From the NCBI GenBank assembly GCA_973895155.1, contig OZ316891.1:16457651-16521650 (forward strand): a stretch of 64,000 nt of DNA, written 5' to 3'. Under the pieces are notes generated by a model. The model was given only the letters and a program-made list of their open reading frames with translations, was not told the origin of the DNA and searched no databases. This document shows, piece by piece, positions 1 to 12,500 of the stretch. The stretch's first letter is position 1, and each line of letters begins with the position of its first letter. Position numbers and translations under genes: made by a program. The stretch comes from Marsupella aquatica (Eukaryota > Plantae > Marchantiophyta).

Positions 1-356
1 CGTCGGTATCTACTCTCTCCCCGAGTGCTTGCCTAAGCAGCTGACAGTAGTTGGCCTCCCGTAGTCGTCTGCCTAGTTCGTGCTCGCAAATGAGCCACCA
101 TCTCTTGCAAGCGCTCCTTACCCCTCTCCTCTGCCGGTCCTTCTTCCCGTTGATCCTTCCTAGCCGCCGACGCTTAACGCGCCCTAACCCTAATCGGGTT
201 TTCACCCTTAGCCTTACCTCCGGCCTCGGCCCGGGTTCCATGGTTGCCCCTAATTGTTTATATTTTCCTTGTTTTGTCCCTATACTAAGGTGTTCCTAGG
301 GTGCCTTCCTGCTTTACCCACTTAACCGGCCGAGTGATTCCTGTCTAGGCATCACA
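1..356 (-). mobile_element. 5' end of giant LTR (family X), inserted into another family-X LTR; continues left of window
   Basis: Ends ...CTGTCTAGGCATCACA, the reverse complement of the TGTGATGCCTAG start of the other copies; near-identical to 31688-32043. The host copy resumes at 357 (CATTCCAACCAGGG, cf. 40637). Confidence 0.9.
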
Positions 357-3207
357 CATTCCAACCAGGGATGACACCTGGAAGGGCTGGGCGGCAACCC
401 TACTAGCGGAGGTGCAACTACATTTTGCACGGGAGGAGGATGCATGCTTTACGGCCATGCAGACCAAGAGGTACCAAGGCTTCATGGCCGGATCCGGCTT
501 AGAGGCCTTTGTAAGATTACCATGGCTGAAGCCAGAGGTACCGGATTCAGACCTATTAGAATTCGTGGGGTCATGGGAACCCGAGACCAATTGCACGAGG
601 ATATATGGGAAGGATTTCTATCTTACTCCCAAGGTGATTGCCGAAGTGTTTGGCTTGCCGATAGGCAATAAGACCAAAGTTGATACCAGGAAGACCTTGC
701 CTGACAAGGAGTTCCGGTCGTTCCCCGGGCCATCAACGAAGAATGGCTTCTTCCGGAACACCTGCACCAACCCGCACATAGGAGAGATGATCAACTTCTT
801 GCGGGTGACCATGCATTGTAACTTGCCGAGGGCAGAGATCGGCAAAGCACAGGTCTATCTGGCAGAGAGGCCAAACCCAAGCCGGGACTACAATGGGTAC
901 CTCCTCAACCAATTGAAGAAGATCTTAAAGGAGGAGCAGCAGATAATCGGCATGGGGAGCGTGTCGCGGCTTGGCTATCACATGCCGCTGTTGTGCCGGT
1001 ATGCCAGAGGTCAGACCTTTGCCCTAGTACTTCCCCTATAGGTAAGGGCACCCGAGGAAGCTCCAGCACCGAGGCCGGTAGTAGAGAAGCCTCAACCACC
1101 TGTTAGCCCTACGATTGAGCAGGTGTTTAGGCCAAGGAAGGAAGACTTGCCGATGCAGCAACCAAGCATACAGAATCTGCTGAAAATGCTGGAGAAGGAA
1201 AAGACGGCACCGGCTTCGGCAGCAGCACCAATACAGGACACTGCCCCAGAGATCAACCTAAGCAGAATCAGGCCAGAATCCAAGCCAGGTGTTCGAATGT
1301 ACGTGGGAGTCTCAAGCTCTGAATCTGAGGTAGAATTGCCTGAAGCTCCTACCGACGAAGAAGAGAGGGAGAAGCCGGAAGTCCAAGAAGTAGAGGAGGC
1401 AATGGAGGACTGCAGCCATGATAACTCCGGCTATGGGTCGGACCATCATGTTCCAGGAGTAAGGACCTGTGGCCGGTTTATCCCCACACTGCCAAGGGTA
1501 GTACGAGGGGACCCCAACCAGCAGAGTAGCCCTGAGTCTCCCCCACCAGATGTTGCTCCCCCGAGCTTTGACGACATAAAACAGATGGCGCAGGAATTTC
1601 AGGAGCAAATCAGGCAGGAAGAGAAGGCAGCCCTGGCTAGGGAAAAGGATTTTCCAGGAGGAGATTGGCCGGAGGACATCAGGCGGCTAGCCGAAAAAGG
1701 AAGCAAACCTCTAGCCACGATTGAAGAGATCCGCAAGACGGCTTGGGAGCAGAGGCCGCGATGGGCGATGCCGATCACTTCTACTTATTCCACCTACGCT
1801 AGAGCCATGGAGTATGGTGAGATGTGTGGGGAACTTGCGCTCGGCATCTTTGGGGAGGAGTTGGAGGTAGGACCCTTTTTCCATAGGGAGCAGTTGGAGA
1901 AGCACCAATTAGAAGAAGCGGTGGCTTTAGAGAGAAGCAAGAAGGACGAGGTCATCCGACGGCTTAGGAGGATGGAATCCGAGATTGAAGATCTAAGGGC
2001 GGCCAAGAAAGCCCAAGATGAACTGCGGATTAAGCGGCATGAGCTGAACATCATGCAGGGGCAGTTGGACACAACGCAGGCTGATAATTAGATTATCAAG
2101 GATAAACTGACTCAGACCCAGGGAGAATTGGCCGACGCAATCAAGGACAGGGAGAAATGGAAGAAGGAGTTGAGAAACGCAGAGGAGGCCCATATAGCAG
2201 TCAACAACCGGGTCACGGCGGAGACTCAAAGAAAGGAATGGGCGTTGAAGGGGGAGCTCGAGAAAATCCGCGGAGTCCTTGAGCAGAAGGAGGCCGAGTT
2301 AGGGAAATCCTATCAAGGGATTATTGCGCTACAGCAGGAACTTGCGTCCCTGACGGCCAGCTTCAAGGCCGACCTGCGGGAGAAGGATGCCCAGCTCGAC
2401 CAGACTTATGCCAAGATGAATAACATGGAGTCTGAGGTCGTAGCGGAGCTCGACAAGGAGCTAAGAGCAACCCAGGAGGAGAGGGCTACCACCAAGAAGG
2501 AATTGGAGGAAGCCCACAAGGAATTGGAGGAAGCCAAAAACGAGCTGGAGGAGGCACGTAAGGACCTGGATGAGACCCAGGAGGAGTTGGAGGAAATCAC
2601 GAGGAAGATGGAGAACCTACAGCGGCGGGCCGCCAACCAAACGGAGCGGCTGAAGAAACAAGCCGCAGTATTTAAATGCTTAGCTGCATCAGGTCCATCT
2701 CCTGTTGGGGCAAACTAGTTACCAGGGGTGGTAATTACCGAAGGACCAGCCGTGACACACGGCCCGGTGCCGGACGTTGATGGCAAAGGGAAGGAACAGG
2801 CCGTGGAAATAGTGAAGAAGAAGAAGCGGAAATCTTCGGGGTCCGGAGGTTATTCGACCCCTCAAGCCGTACTCAAACCGGCACCAACCTCTGGCATGAA
2901 CATGGCAATAGATTCCGCTATCACCAAAGGTGGGGATGGCGCGGCCCAAGCCGAACTACTCAGTAATGAGGCCGGTATCCCAGATCCACCTCTTGAGCAG
3001 GCCGGGGAGACAGTGGCTGAAGCCGAGGCTGAGGCCGTAGCCGAGAATGATTCCCGAGCCGATGCCGAAGCCGAGGGTGGGCCCAGTCAGGCCGATGAAA
3101 AGTTGACTCGGTCAGAGGCAGGTAATCTGTCAGAGGACGGACCAACTGCAGTGGTTGCGGAGGAAGCATTGGGGGCGTCCATTGAGGATCCACCACCGGT
3201 GTCGTGA
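357..3207 (+). pseudogene. LTR-encoded ORF (Transposase_32/PMD-like segment, coiled coil, acidic tail), broken by in-frame TAG stops
   Basis: ORFs 412-1041, 1123-2091, 2128-2718 and 2728-3207 share one frame, separated by single TAG codons; motif EFVGSW...IYGKDFYLTPKVIAEVFGLPIG; heptad repeats KELEEA. Confidence 0.8.
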
Positions 3208-4123
3208 CGGTGCAAGAGCGTCGTTCCTTTTAGGAAGGGCGGACGTGGAGGTAGGAGGCGTGAGTGGGCAGGGCGGGCGCTGATCTCCAAGTTTAGGATT
3301 AGGATCAGGACCAGGAGCGGCCCTGACACTTAGCTTAGTGGGATTGCGGTTCCACTGGTAGGAGCAACACTTGTGCTCCTGCCTTGCTGTACATAGGTAG
3401 TTTCGGGTAGGTAGGTTACTGTTAGGGAGATTAGGCTTACGCTGCAAAGAATTAGGCGGATCCACTACCAGGATAAGTACCTGGGCAGCGGGGAGCTCCG
3501 GGCCTCTTCTTTAGCAAGTTTTTAGTTTGCACCAGCCGGGCTGGGATCAAGTAGTAAGAGAAGCTCTCGGTTAGTCATACCGTGACCTTGTGTATATTCA
3601 TGTTTCCTCATGCCTAAGAGCTGAATAGAGTTGGCCTCACGGCTTAGTTCGCAGAGCTTGTGTATGAGATGTACTGTTTGTATGGCAAGTGCATGGTATG
3701 ACTCAGTCAGAAGGAGTCATTTTGCTATTTGTGTGTCGCATTAACTTGTGTGAAGAGTGCCCACATCAACCAGAAGGAAGGAAAGTAAACAAGGGAGTGA
3801 GAGTTGGATGTGTCGAGCTGAGAGAGGTCTTAGCGGCTTAACCAAGCCTATTGGGGATCATTCCGGCGGCGGAATCCAAACATACCTAACCAGAAGGAGA
3901 GGAAGACAAGGGAAGGCCTAGATTAGGCCGGCTACGTATCTCATGACCCGATGAAGGATCTGTCCAGTATATGTGTGTAAAAGGCTAATAGTAATAAGAG
4001 GAGGAGGTTAGCAGCGTCCCATGCCGCTAAGCCGCGGAAACGGCCTCGCCAAGCGCGAAACCTACGGGAATCGGCTTGAGCTGGGGGGTTTCTTGGGTTT
4101 AGGGAGCCATGGGACGCACCACA
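357..4123 (+). mobile_element. Giant LTR family X, 3' ~80% (5' part displaced by nested insertion)
   Basis: Colinear with 40637-44442; ends GGGAGCCATGGGACGCACCACA at 4123. Confidence 0.92.
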
Positions 4124-4442
4124 TTTTAGAAACCCACAAAGTATTCTTAAAGACTACCAAGGACAACCTTTGTAGTCCTTCCCAAAGACTCACCACCACA
4201 GCCCATAAAAGACTAAAAATGACTCGCCAAAGCAACCCATACAAAGACTACAATAGATTGGACATCCAGTCTATAGAAAGACTGATCATGCAGTTCTATA
4301 AAGGACTGAGTCAATCTTAGTAACAAAACATACGACTCATAGTCTTATAAAGGACTGTAGTCCCGCCTAGTCTTTTGCAAGTCCTAAACGGTCGTGGATA
4401 GTCGTTTAATAGGGTCTAAATAGGCCCCGGTTTCTACTAGTG
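4124..4442. mobile_element. Terminus of a CACTA (En/Spm) element
   Basis: Ends GCCCCGGTTTCTACTAGTG (reverse complement CACTAGTAGAAACCGGGGC), with GACT/AGTC-rich subterminal repeats; cuts the integrase frame right after MDFIMGLPESH. Confidence 0.7.
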
Positions 4443-5954
4443 GTGGGACTCAGGTAACCCCATAATGAAGTCCATGGAGATGGACTCCCATGGAGCTGCA
4501 ACTACTGGTAAGGGTTGCAGAAGTCTTCCTTTTGCTTGGTTCTTTTGGCACGAGTAACAACTTTGCACGTGGCAAAGAACCGATTGCTTCATGTCCGGCC
4601 AATACACATCTTGCAACATGCTGCAATACGTAGCAGCTTGTCCGCCATGCCCTCCCCAGGGCAACTTGTGGTACTTTTGCATAACCTCCAGTCTTAGAGA
4701 CTCTGGGATGTACACTTGTCTCTGCTTGTATCGCCATAACTGGACATTATGCGTAGCATCCAACCCCAATGAAACATGCCTTACCTTGCCTTGACTACCC
4801 CCATTGCTTTGCCATTCCTTGGCTAACTTGTCATCCTCATACGCCTTGGCCAGAACCTTTGGCCACCCGGATTCGAGCATCGTGATCCCATTGACACGAT
4901 GATGGTCCCTACGCAATATTGCGTCAGCTGCTATGTTTGTCTTCCAAGAAGAACGTGACGGACTTCAAAATCAAAATCCGCCAAGAACATTTGCCAGCTC
5001 ATTTCCTTGGGGTTCAGCCTCGACTTAGAATTGAAGTACCCGGCCGACAAGCTATCTATGTGTATTACCACCTTGGGACCGTTCTTAAGGTAAATTTCTC
5101 ACTTCTTCAATGCATAGATCACCACGTACATTTCCCTTTCCGGGGTGATCCAATGATTTTCCAACTTACATGACTCGAAGGCCACGGGACGTCCGTCTTG
5201 GTGTAGATAGGTGCCAATGGCGTAATCACTTGCGTCTGTCCAAATCTCAAATGGCTTCCCCATCTCAAGCAACTTTAGAACCGGTGGTGTTATCAATAGC
5301 CGCTTGAGTTCTAGTGCTAACTCGCAATCCTATATCCACACAAACACTTTGTTTTTCATTGTTAGCTCGTTTAGGGGCCTCGTGATCCTCGCATAGTCTT
5401 TCATGTATCTCCGATAGAACCCTGTAAATTCTAAGAAGGCTCTAACTTGCCTTACATTGGATGGGCGTTCCCATCCTTTGATCTCCTTAAGCTTGTCCTG
5501 ACTAGGCATAATCCCCTTCGGGGTAAAGGTGTGGCCGAGGAACTGAATCTTGTTCATCGCAAGTTTGCGCTTGCTAGGTTTAGCAAAGAGACAAGTCTTA
5601 CAAAGGCAAGAGAATACTTCCCTGAGCAACTGCTCATGTTCCTCCAACATTTTTGAGTAGATTAGGATGTTGTCAATAAAGCCTACCACTCCTTGGTCTA
5701 ACAAGTCATGAAAGATGGTATAATTCATTATCTTACCCTTGTGTGCAACCCAAACGGCATAACCAAAAATTCATAGGATCCAACCCTTGTGTGCATCATG
5801 GTCTTATACTCATCTCCCTTAGCCATGCGGGTCTGGTAATACCCAGACCGCAAGTCCACCTTTGAAAACTTCTTAGCCACGGAGAGGCAATCAAAGAGGT
5901 CATCCATATGAGGTAATGGGTACTTGTTCTTTACCATTTGCTTCTTGAGGGTGA
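4443..5954 (-). pseudogene. pol: Ty3/gypsy pol fragment: RT - RNase H - integrase N-terminus, degenerate
   Basis: KNKYPLP...[12 protein letters not shown]...[10 protein letters not shown] (RT), FIDNILIYS (degenerate YxDD), WTDASDYAIG (RNase H), HKLPWGGHGG...CYSCQ and WESISMDFIMGLP (integrase); order RT-RH-INT. Confidence 0.92.
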
Positions 5955-6015
5955 GGGGAGGTAATCCATCAGTTATCAGTCACTGATATCAGTGACCCCC
6001 CTTTTTTTTCTCTAA

Positions 6016-6650
6016 TCTGGGAGAGCTCTCCAAGATGGCGACAGTTTTTTTTGGCAATCTCAGAGAGCTCTCCGAGATCCCTACCGTTTTTTTGGCCGGA
6101 GAGCTCTCCAAGATGGCAACAATTGTTTTTGGCAATCTTGGAGAGGCTCTCTGAGATCCCTACCATTTTTATGGCAATCTTGGAGAGGCTCTCTGAGATC
6201 CCAACACACTTCTAGGAGTATGTTGGAGACATGGTAGTTTGTTTGCTCACCATGTGAGAGAGCCTCTCCGATGTACCAAGTCACTCCGTTGCCATCTCGG
6301 AGAGTCTCTCCGAGATACCAAGTCTTTTTGTTGACCATCTTGGAGAGCCTCTCCGAGATACCAAGTCTTCTCGTTGACCATCTCGGAGAGCCTCTCCGAG
6401 ATACCAAGTCTTTTTGTTGACCATCTCGGAGAGCCTCTCCGAGATACCAAGTCTTTTTGTTGACCATCTCGGAGAGCCTCTCCGAGATACCAAGTCTTTT
6501 TGTTGACCATCTCAAAGAGCCTCTCTGAGATACCAAGTCTTTTTGTTGACCATCTCGGAGAGCCTCTCCGAGATACCAAGTCACTTTGCAAACCATCTTC
6601 GACTTTCCCATTCCATTTCTAAGACCATCTCAAAGAGCCTCTCCGAGATA
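6016..6650. repeat. Palindrome array 1 (left subterminal), 43-bp unit
   Basis: ATCTCGGAGAGCCTCTCCGAGAT + ACCAAGTCTTTTTGTTGACC repeated at 43-bp spacing (6296, 6339, ...); more diverged copies at 6016-6200. Confidence 0.95.
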
Positions 6651-6772
6651 CAAATACAAAAAACTTGCAAGTGATACACATCACATTCACTTTTCATATA
6701 TATGGTAATGTGTACACAGGAACACTTCATCATTGCTACCTTCTCTAAAGCTAAACCCTATTGGCCACTACT

Positions 6773-7887
6773 TTATTCTGTTATCTGATATGTGCACAGG
6801 TCATAAATAATCTTCTTTTGCAAGTTTCCTACCTGGCTGCCATCAAAATCCATAGGAGCATCTCGACTTATGCGCTCTACATAGTTAAGGATAAATACCC
6901 CACAATTTACACTATCTTCTTGTGATGGAAGGCCTGACACTAAAGTTCTAGGCCAGTTGTATGCATCTGGTGAGGGCATGCCACTTTGACTTGCTTCATC
7001 CTCGATATACCTTGTTAGAGTATACATGAGATACTCATTTCGAGCCTCCCAAAAGTTTCCTGATTTCTCCCAAAGCGAATCTAGGAACAACACCTCTTTT
7101 CCAGTTAAATCAATCACTGCCAACACCCAATGCTCCCTATTTGCCTGGTGGATAGGGACCAATATCCTGTCATAATCAAATATGTTTTCTGTTTTGGTCC
7201 ATCGAGCAACATTGGCAAAACAGTATACGGGCGTTGAGAGCAACGTGTAGAATGCTGTGATGAAAAATGCACACTTTGGATAGCCTCTTGATCTCCCCCT
7301 AGACTGCAACAAGGCCAAGTATGCATCGATGATATCTGAATGTAGCCATTGAGCTGCTATTCTTCCTTCAGACAAGCATCTCATTGACGCCCTAGTCAAC
7401 TTGTAATCTACAAAGTTGAATAGTACTTCCTCGTCTGGGAGCTCTATGGATAGACATGTGGATACTATGTCGGAAAAGTCTTGAGAGCAGACTACTTCAG
7501 CAAATAACCGAGGTATCCGAGTATTCCCACCACGTGCTACATAGGATTGAACAACATGGCATTAGGCATCATCTTCATCTAAGCTATAGGTCACAAAAGA
7601 AGGGTGAGCTATCTTGTCACTATCACTGCTGACACTCTCACTTTCATTGTAGTCTACCTCTACTGCTCTATCATCTACAAATCTAGATTTTTGCCTCTTT
7701 GTGTACTTCTCAGCTACACCCTTGAGCCGTTTGAAGGGGCGTGAATCAACAATCCCTTCTGCGTAAGTTGGAAGGCAAAATCTTTCTGGAGAGAAAGTTT
7801 TCAATGCTTCCTCCCATGCTTCACGGACTTTGTCCTTGTCTGATGTGTGCCATTGTTCGGACTCGATGTTCCTGTAGTGAACTGCCT
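6773..7887 (-). pseudogene. Ulp1/SENP-family SUMO protease (peptidase C48) exon
   Basis: WLHSDIIDAY, RILVPIHQANREHWVLAVID...FLDSL, SQEDSVNCGVF (His-Asp-Gln-Cys residues present); in frame with ORF 7562-7804 across one TAA. Confidence 0.9.
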
Positions 7888-8404
7888 ATTGGTTAAGTAG
7901 ACAGTTTAAGGTAATACCATAATAATGTGGAACTTCACATTTTTATTGATCCTCACCATGGCACAATGTAAATTGCAAACTACCTACAACAAATGGGTTC
8001 TTGGATTCAACGTTTACTCACAATCCTGAGCATTCCCACCCTTGCCTTTTGCGGCATCCTCCTCTGATACAGACTCAAGGACCAGCTTCTTCCGCCCTTT
8101 AGGCTTCTTAGTCTCCTTGGCCTCCTCCTTCTTACTCTCCTCGCCCTCCGCCTTGGTCTGATTGCCTTGCTGCATTGAAAGGAGTTTTGACACCACTAAA
8201 GCTGCTGACTCACCAAAGTAGTCATGCGCTTCCATCCCAAATACTAGTCGCCCACAATTATTGGCAGCTTTGTAGATAGCACCAAAGTGGACATTCCAAG
8301 AAAATATGATATCGCCGAGACTGGTGATGTGCTCTATGATGCATTGCAAGGTTGCAAGCGATAAGGTTCCGGCCAATTCGTCTCTCACTGCATCATCTTC
8401 CTTT

Positions 8405-9113
8405 CCTGGGAAAATAGTTTTTATAATAAAAAGGTGAGACCGCAAAAACCCCACGGCCGGGGGGAAGCAAACAGCCCCTTAGATATATCAGCACAACTCC
8501 CACAGGGAGGCCAGCAGGCATAAGCAAAGGCCAGAATCACAATAAACATAAAAAAGGGGAGACTGAAGCTATAGGCCCAAAACGTGAGTGACCCACACAT
8601 CATGTCAACTTGTAGAGCCCTAGAGCCGATAAGCAAGGTAACCCATTCACCCTTTTCCAATAGCTATCACTCCTAGACCAGCAACGCAGCCACTGAGGTG
8701 ACTCTGCCAGTACTCCTAGCAAACCAGTGTCGTTGTTTTAAAGCGATGAGATCCCTAGCCTTAGCCAGTCTGATGCGCCGCCCACCAATGGGGAGGCACC
8801 AGCCCGCAGCTCGCAAGTGCGTCTCAGTTTCCGAGAGGACCAGCCCAAAATCAAATACTCTGATCTGCTTTTTCTCAAAAATCTGCTCATTTCGTCCCAT
8901 CCATAGAGCCCACAGTATTTGATACTGCAGGAAAAAGCAGGTAGATTGAGTGTGTGTTCTGGAGTCTGTAGCAACAAGGAGTTCCAGGCTACCCCAACCC
9001 CTGCCAAACAGTTGTCTCAAGGAGCTGGACTCTCCAATTCCCCAACAGCGCATGGCGTGGGCACAGCCAAAGAAGAGGTGGGGGATGCTTTCAATTCTCC
9101 CAGGGCAAACATG
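8405..9113 (-). mobile_element. 5'-truncated L1 LINE with 15-bp TSD
   Basis: TSD GCATCATCTTCCTTT at 8390-8404 and 9114-9128; encodes HLFFGCAHAMRCW...QILWALWMGRNEQIF (end of ORF2, zf-RVT region), resembling 51338-51802. Confidence 0.9.
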
Positions 9114-9329
9114 GCATCATCTTCCTTTGTAAAATTGGATAGAGCATTGCTCTTTGCTGGGCACAAGTCACCAGTAATTGGCTTCATATGTACCTTTGGG
9201 AGGGTCACCTCTGTACCCTTTATGGTGAATATATCTAAATGCAGATATTGAGCCTGTCACATCATGCAAAATAGATTTGCACTTGTTAGCAACACTAATT
9301 GCTAAACTTATCCGACATCGGTCCTACCT

Positions 9330-9810
9330 ATCTCAGAGAGGCTCTCCGAGATCCATGCTACCTATCTCAAAGAGGCTCTCCGAGATGGATCCTACCTATC
9401 TCAAAGAGGCTCTCCGAGATCCATGCTACCTATCTCAGAGAGGCTCTCCGAGATGGATCCTACCTATCTCAGAGAGGCTCTCCGAGATGGATCCTACCTA
9501 TCTCAAAGAGGCTCTCCGAGATCCATGCTACCTATCTCAGAGAGGCTCTCCAAGATGGATCCTACCTATCTCAAAGAGGCTCTCCAAGATGGATCCTACC
9601 TATCTCAGAGAGGCTCTCCGAGATCCATGCTACCTATCTTAGAGAGGCTCTCCGAGATTGATCCTACCTATCTTGGAGAGCCTCTCCGAGATTGATCCTA
9701 CCTATCTCGGAGAGCCTCTCCAAGATCAATGTTACCGATATGGGAGAGGGTGTCCGAGATTGTAATTGCGGACACATTTTTCAACTATCTCGGAGAGCCT
9801 CTCCGAGATG
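9330..9810. repeat. Palindrome array 2 (intronic), 34-bp unit
   Basis: Palindrome plus an 11-bp spacer alternating CCATGCTACCT / GGATCCTACCT; about 12 units inside intron ~9254-9846. Confidence 0.95.
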
Positions 9811-12227
9811 ACTTCTATTGAAATGCCAAAATTGAAGTGAACTTACAGCTTTTTTGCTTGATGCCATGTAGCAAGGTGTGTCATTCCAAATGGTGAATGA
9901 GTCAATGTGATCCAACTTCTCAGCCCGGTCAATGTGAAGGTACTCAAAGATTGAGCTTGTGTGGGCAAATGAACCACTATGCACGATGCACAGGAAACCG
10001 TCATTTGTGAGTAGAGAGTCTGCCACTGTCGTCGCCACTTCTAGGTCACTGAGCCAAAATCTATTCCACACTGGAACATTATTTTCAGCTTGCGCTATGC
10101 GATAATCTGTCCCTAACTGAACAAAGATCATATCACAACCATGGCCCTTAGGTACACCATCAACTATCCAGCCTTGTTTTCGCAAGCCAGCCAACTTCAA
10201 TTTCTTACACCAATCCCGGAATTCCCTCATGAATGGAGGGAGAGACAACTTTCCCGTGGTTGGCTGGTATTTGTCCTTCAGTCAAGAAGAACACTCTAGT
10301 AAGGTCATATGCTCTTTTGCATGGCAAAATTGCAGGGCAGATGTAATAGCATGAGAGGGCCGAGGTACTCCAAGAATTTTGCAAAGATCATCCTCCGGAA
10401 TTTCTGGGGCTTCTGTTGAAACTGGCTTCTTTGTGGGTTTGTCTATCCTCTTCTCGGCTTTCTTCTTTGGCCGACTGGTTGGCTTACCAGAGATTTGTGG
10501 TTTGCTTGGGGTCCCAATCGGGGTCCCGCTTGGGGTTGAAAGGTCAGGCTCCTCCTCCTCCTCATGGCCCTCTGCATTGTCCCCGGTGGCCATCTCATCC
10601 TCCTCTCCATTGGCCCCACTTGCCGCTTTCTCATCCTCCTCTCAATTGTCCCCACTCACCGCTTTCTCATCCTCCTCTCCATTGTCCCCGGTCTTTCTTG
10701 GCTCCATCTTCTCATCCATCGAACGACGTTTGCTTGAGGTAGACCCTGGGGTTCCAAACTTTTCTTTACTTTTTTCTGCAGAACAAAGTAAGGAGTTTAG
10801 TATACATTTTACAATGATACTATCTCGGAGAGGCTCTCAAACATAGGTCAGATGTACAATGCAAGCTAGGGTGTAAACCTTACCAGGAGTGCCTTGTTCT
10901 GAGGTGGTGTCTTCTGATTCCTTTTCTTTCTTCCCCCGAACCTTCTTCCCATCATACTCTGGCTCTCCAAGAGGCAAAATGGCCTCCAAGTCCAATGCAG
11001 CCTTTGTCGACTGCTCAAGATCTGCCAACTTTGAAGGCGCAAAAAGGTTGTCTGGTAGTTTCCCCTCCTTTAGGAGGTTGGTAGCTTCCTTCTCTTTGGC
11101 CGTAATGAACTCATTCCAATCATTGAACTCCATGAACCATGGACAATTTTGTCTCTCCCAGTCTGAAAAGACTCTTGCTGCTAGCTTCAGCCCGTCTGTT
11201 GGATACATTGATAGCGGGCCTTTCTCCGTCATCCATGCAGTCAAAGCACTTGGTAACTCTTTGAAAGTAGAGGCTCCAATGCTCTCCTAATGAAGTAAAT
11301 ATCTGACCACACACCTCTTTGCACGCTTCCTCCACACATCTTTGCTTTGCTTTGCTGGATTCCACATCTTCTTGCCCTCCTCATAGGACCGAGTCTGTAC
11401 AAATTGCTTGTACATCTTGTTGTGAAACTCAACAAACTTGTCTTTGCTTCCATTGAAGTTCTGCCACTCACCAGAATCATATGCACTCTTGGCAAACTCT
11501 GACATGATCAAACTGCCAACATGGGCAATGTAACACCACATTGCACACTAGCAATCAAGCTCTCACTGCTGAATCACCATATACATCTGGATGGTGGTGT
11601 TGCTTCTTCTCCTCCGCGGTTGAGAAATGAACACGGAGTAACTTATTTCGACACTCAGTAGGCATCACCGCACTTGCAAACAATTTAACTCAATCCAACC
11701 CCACTTGCACTTGTGGCCAATCTTTCTGTTTACTCTGCAACTGGTGCAGCTCCTCGGCAATCTCCAAAAATTCCTCTCCATTTGCTGGATTGACAATCTG
11801 AGCAAACTTCTGCATTTTTCCCTCCCAAGACCTACAGGCTTCACTCGTCATGAGTGCGGTTTCCTTTTGGAACTTATCCAAACTCCAGGCATGGCCAATT
11901 GCAGCATCGACTGCCATCTCCTTCGCAAGACGAATCCTCCCGTCTTCAATATTATTCCACGACATGATGTACACAACAGCATCCTTTGTCATGCACTTGC
12001 TATACCATGTCTTTCCATGCCCATGGCTTCTTGCTGCTAAGAATCTACCATTACCATCCGGATGAAGCAATGTCTGATACTCCTACAAAGGTGTCATCAA
12101 CAACTTCTTCACCCTGTCTGCATCGGTCAACCAAGATGTCTGCACAACGTTTGCGCTTATCCTGCGTAAAAGAAGCAACAAATGTTGGCGTCAAAGGCTA
12201 TGTACAAGCAAATTAGATCTCTGTCAG

Positions 12228-12500
12228 ATGCTCTCCGAGAAGGCATGGATATCTCGGAGAGGCTCTCCGAGAAGGCATGGATATCTCAGAGAGGCTCTCC
12301 GAGAAGGCATCGCTCTTCAAGAAGGCATGGATATCTCGGAGAGGCTCTCTGAGAAGGCATGGATATCTTGGAGAGGCTCTCCGAGAAGGCATCGCTCTTC
12401 AAGAAGGCATGGATATCTCGGAGAGCCTCTCTAAGATAGCATTTTGAGAGCCAAACATTGTATGTGTGTATGTATCTATCTCAAAGAGCCTCTCCAAGAT
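12228..12500. repeat. Palindrome array 3 (intronic), 32-bp unit
   Basis: ATCTCGGAGAGGCTCTCCGAGAAGGCATGGAT repeats (12251, 12283, ...) inside intron ~12162-12572. Confidence 0.93.

Noticed and set aside
4124-4140. PBS after the LTR ending at 4123
   Set aside because: TTTTAGAAACC lacks the TGGCGCTAG seen at 35092; it is flanking CACTA sequence.
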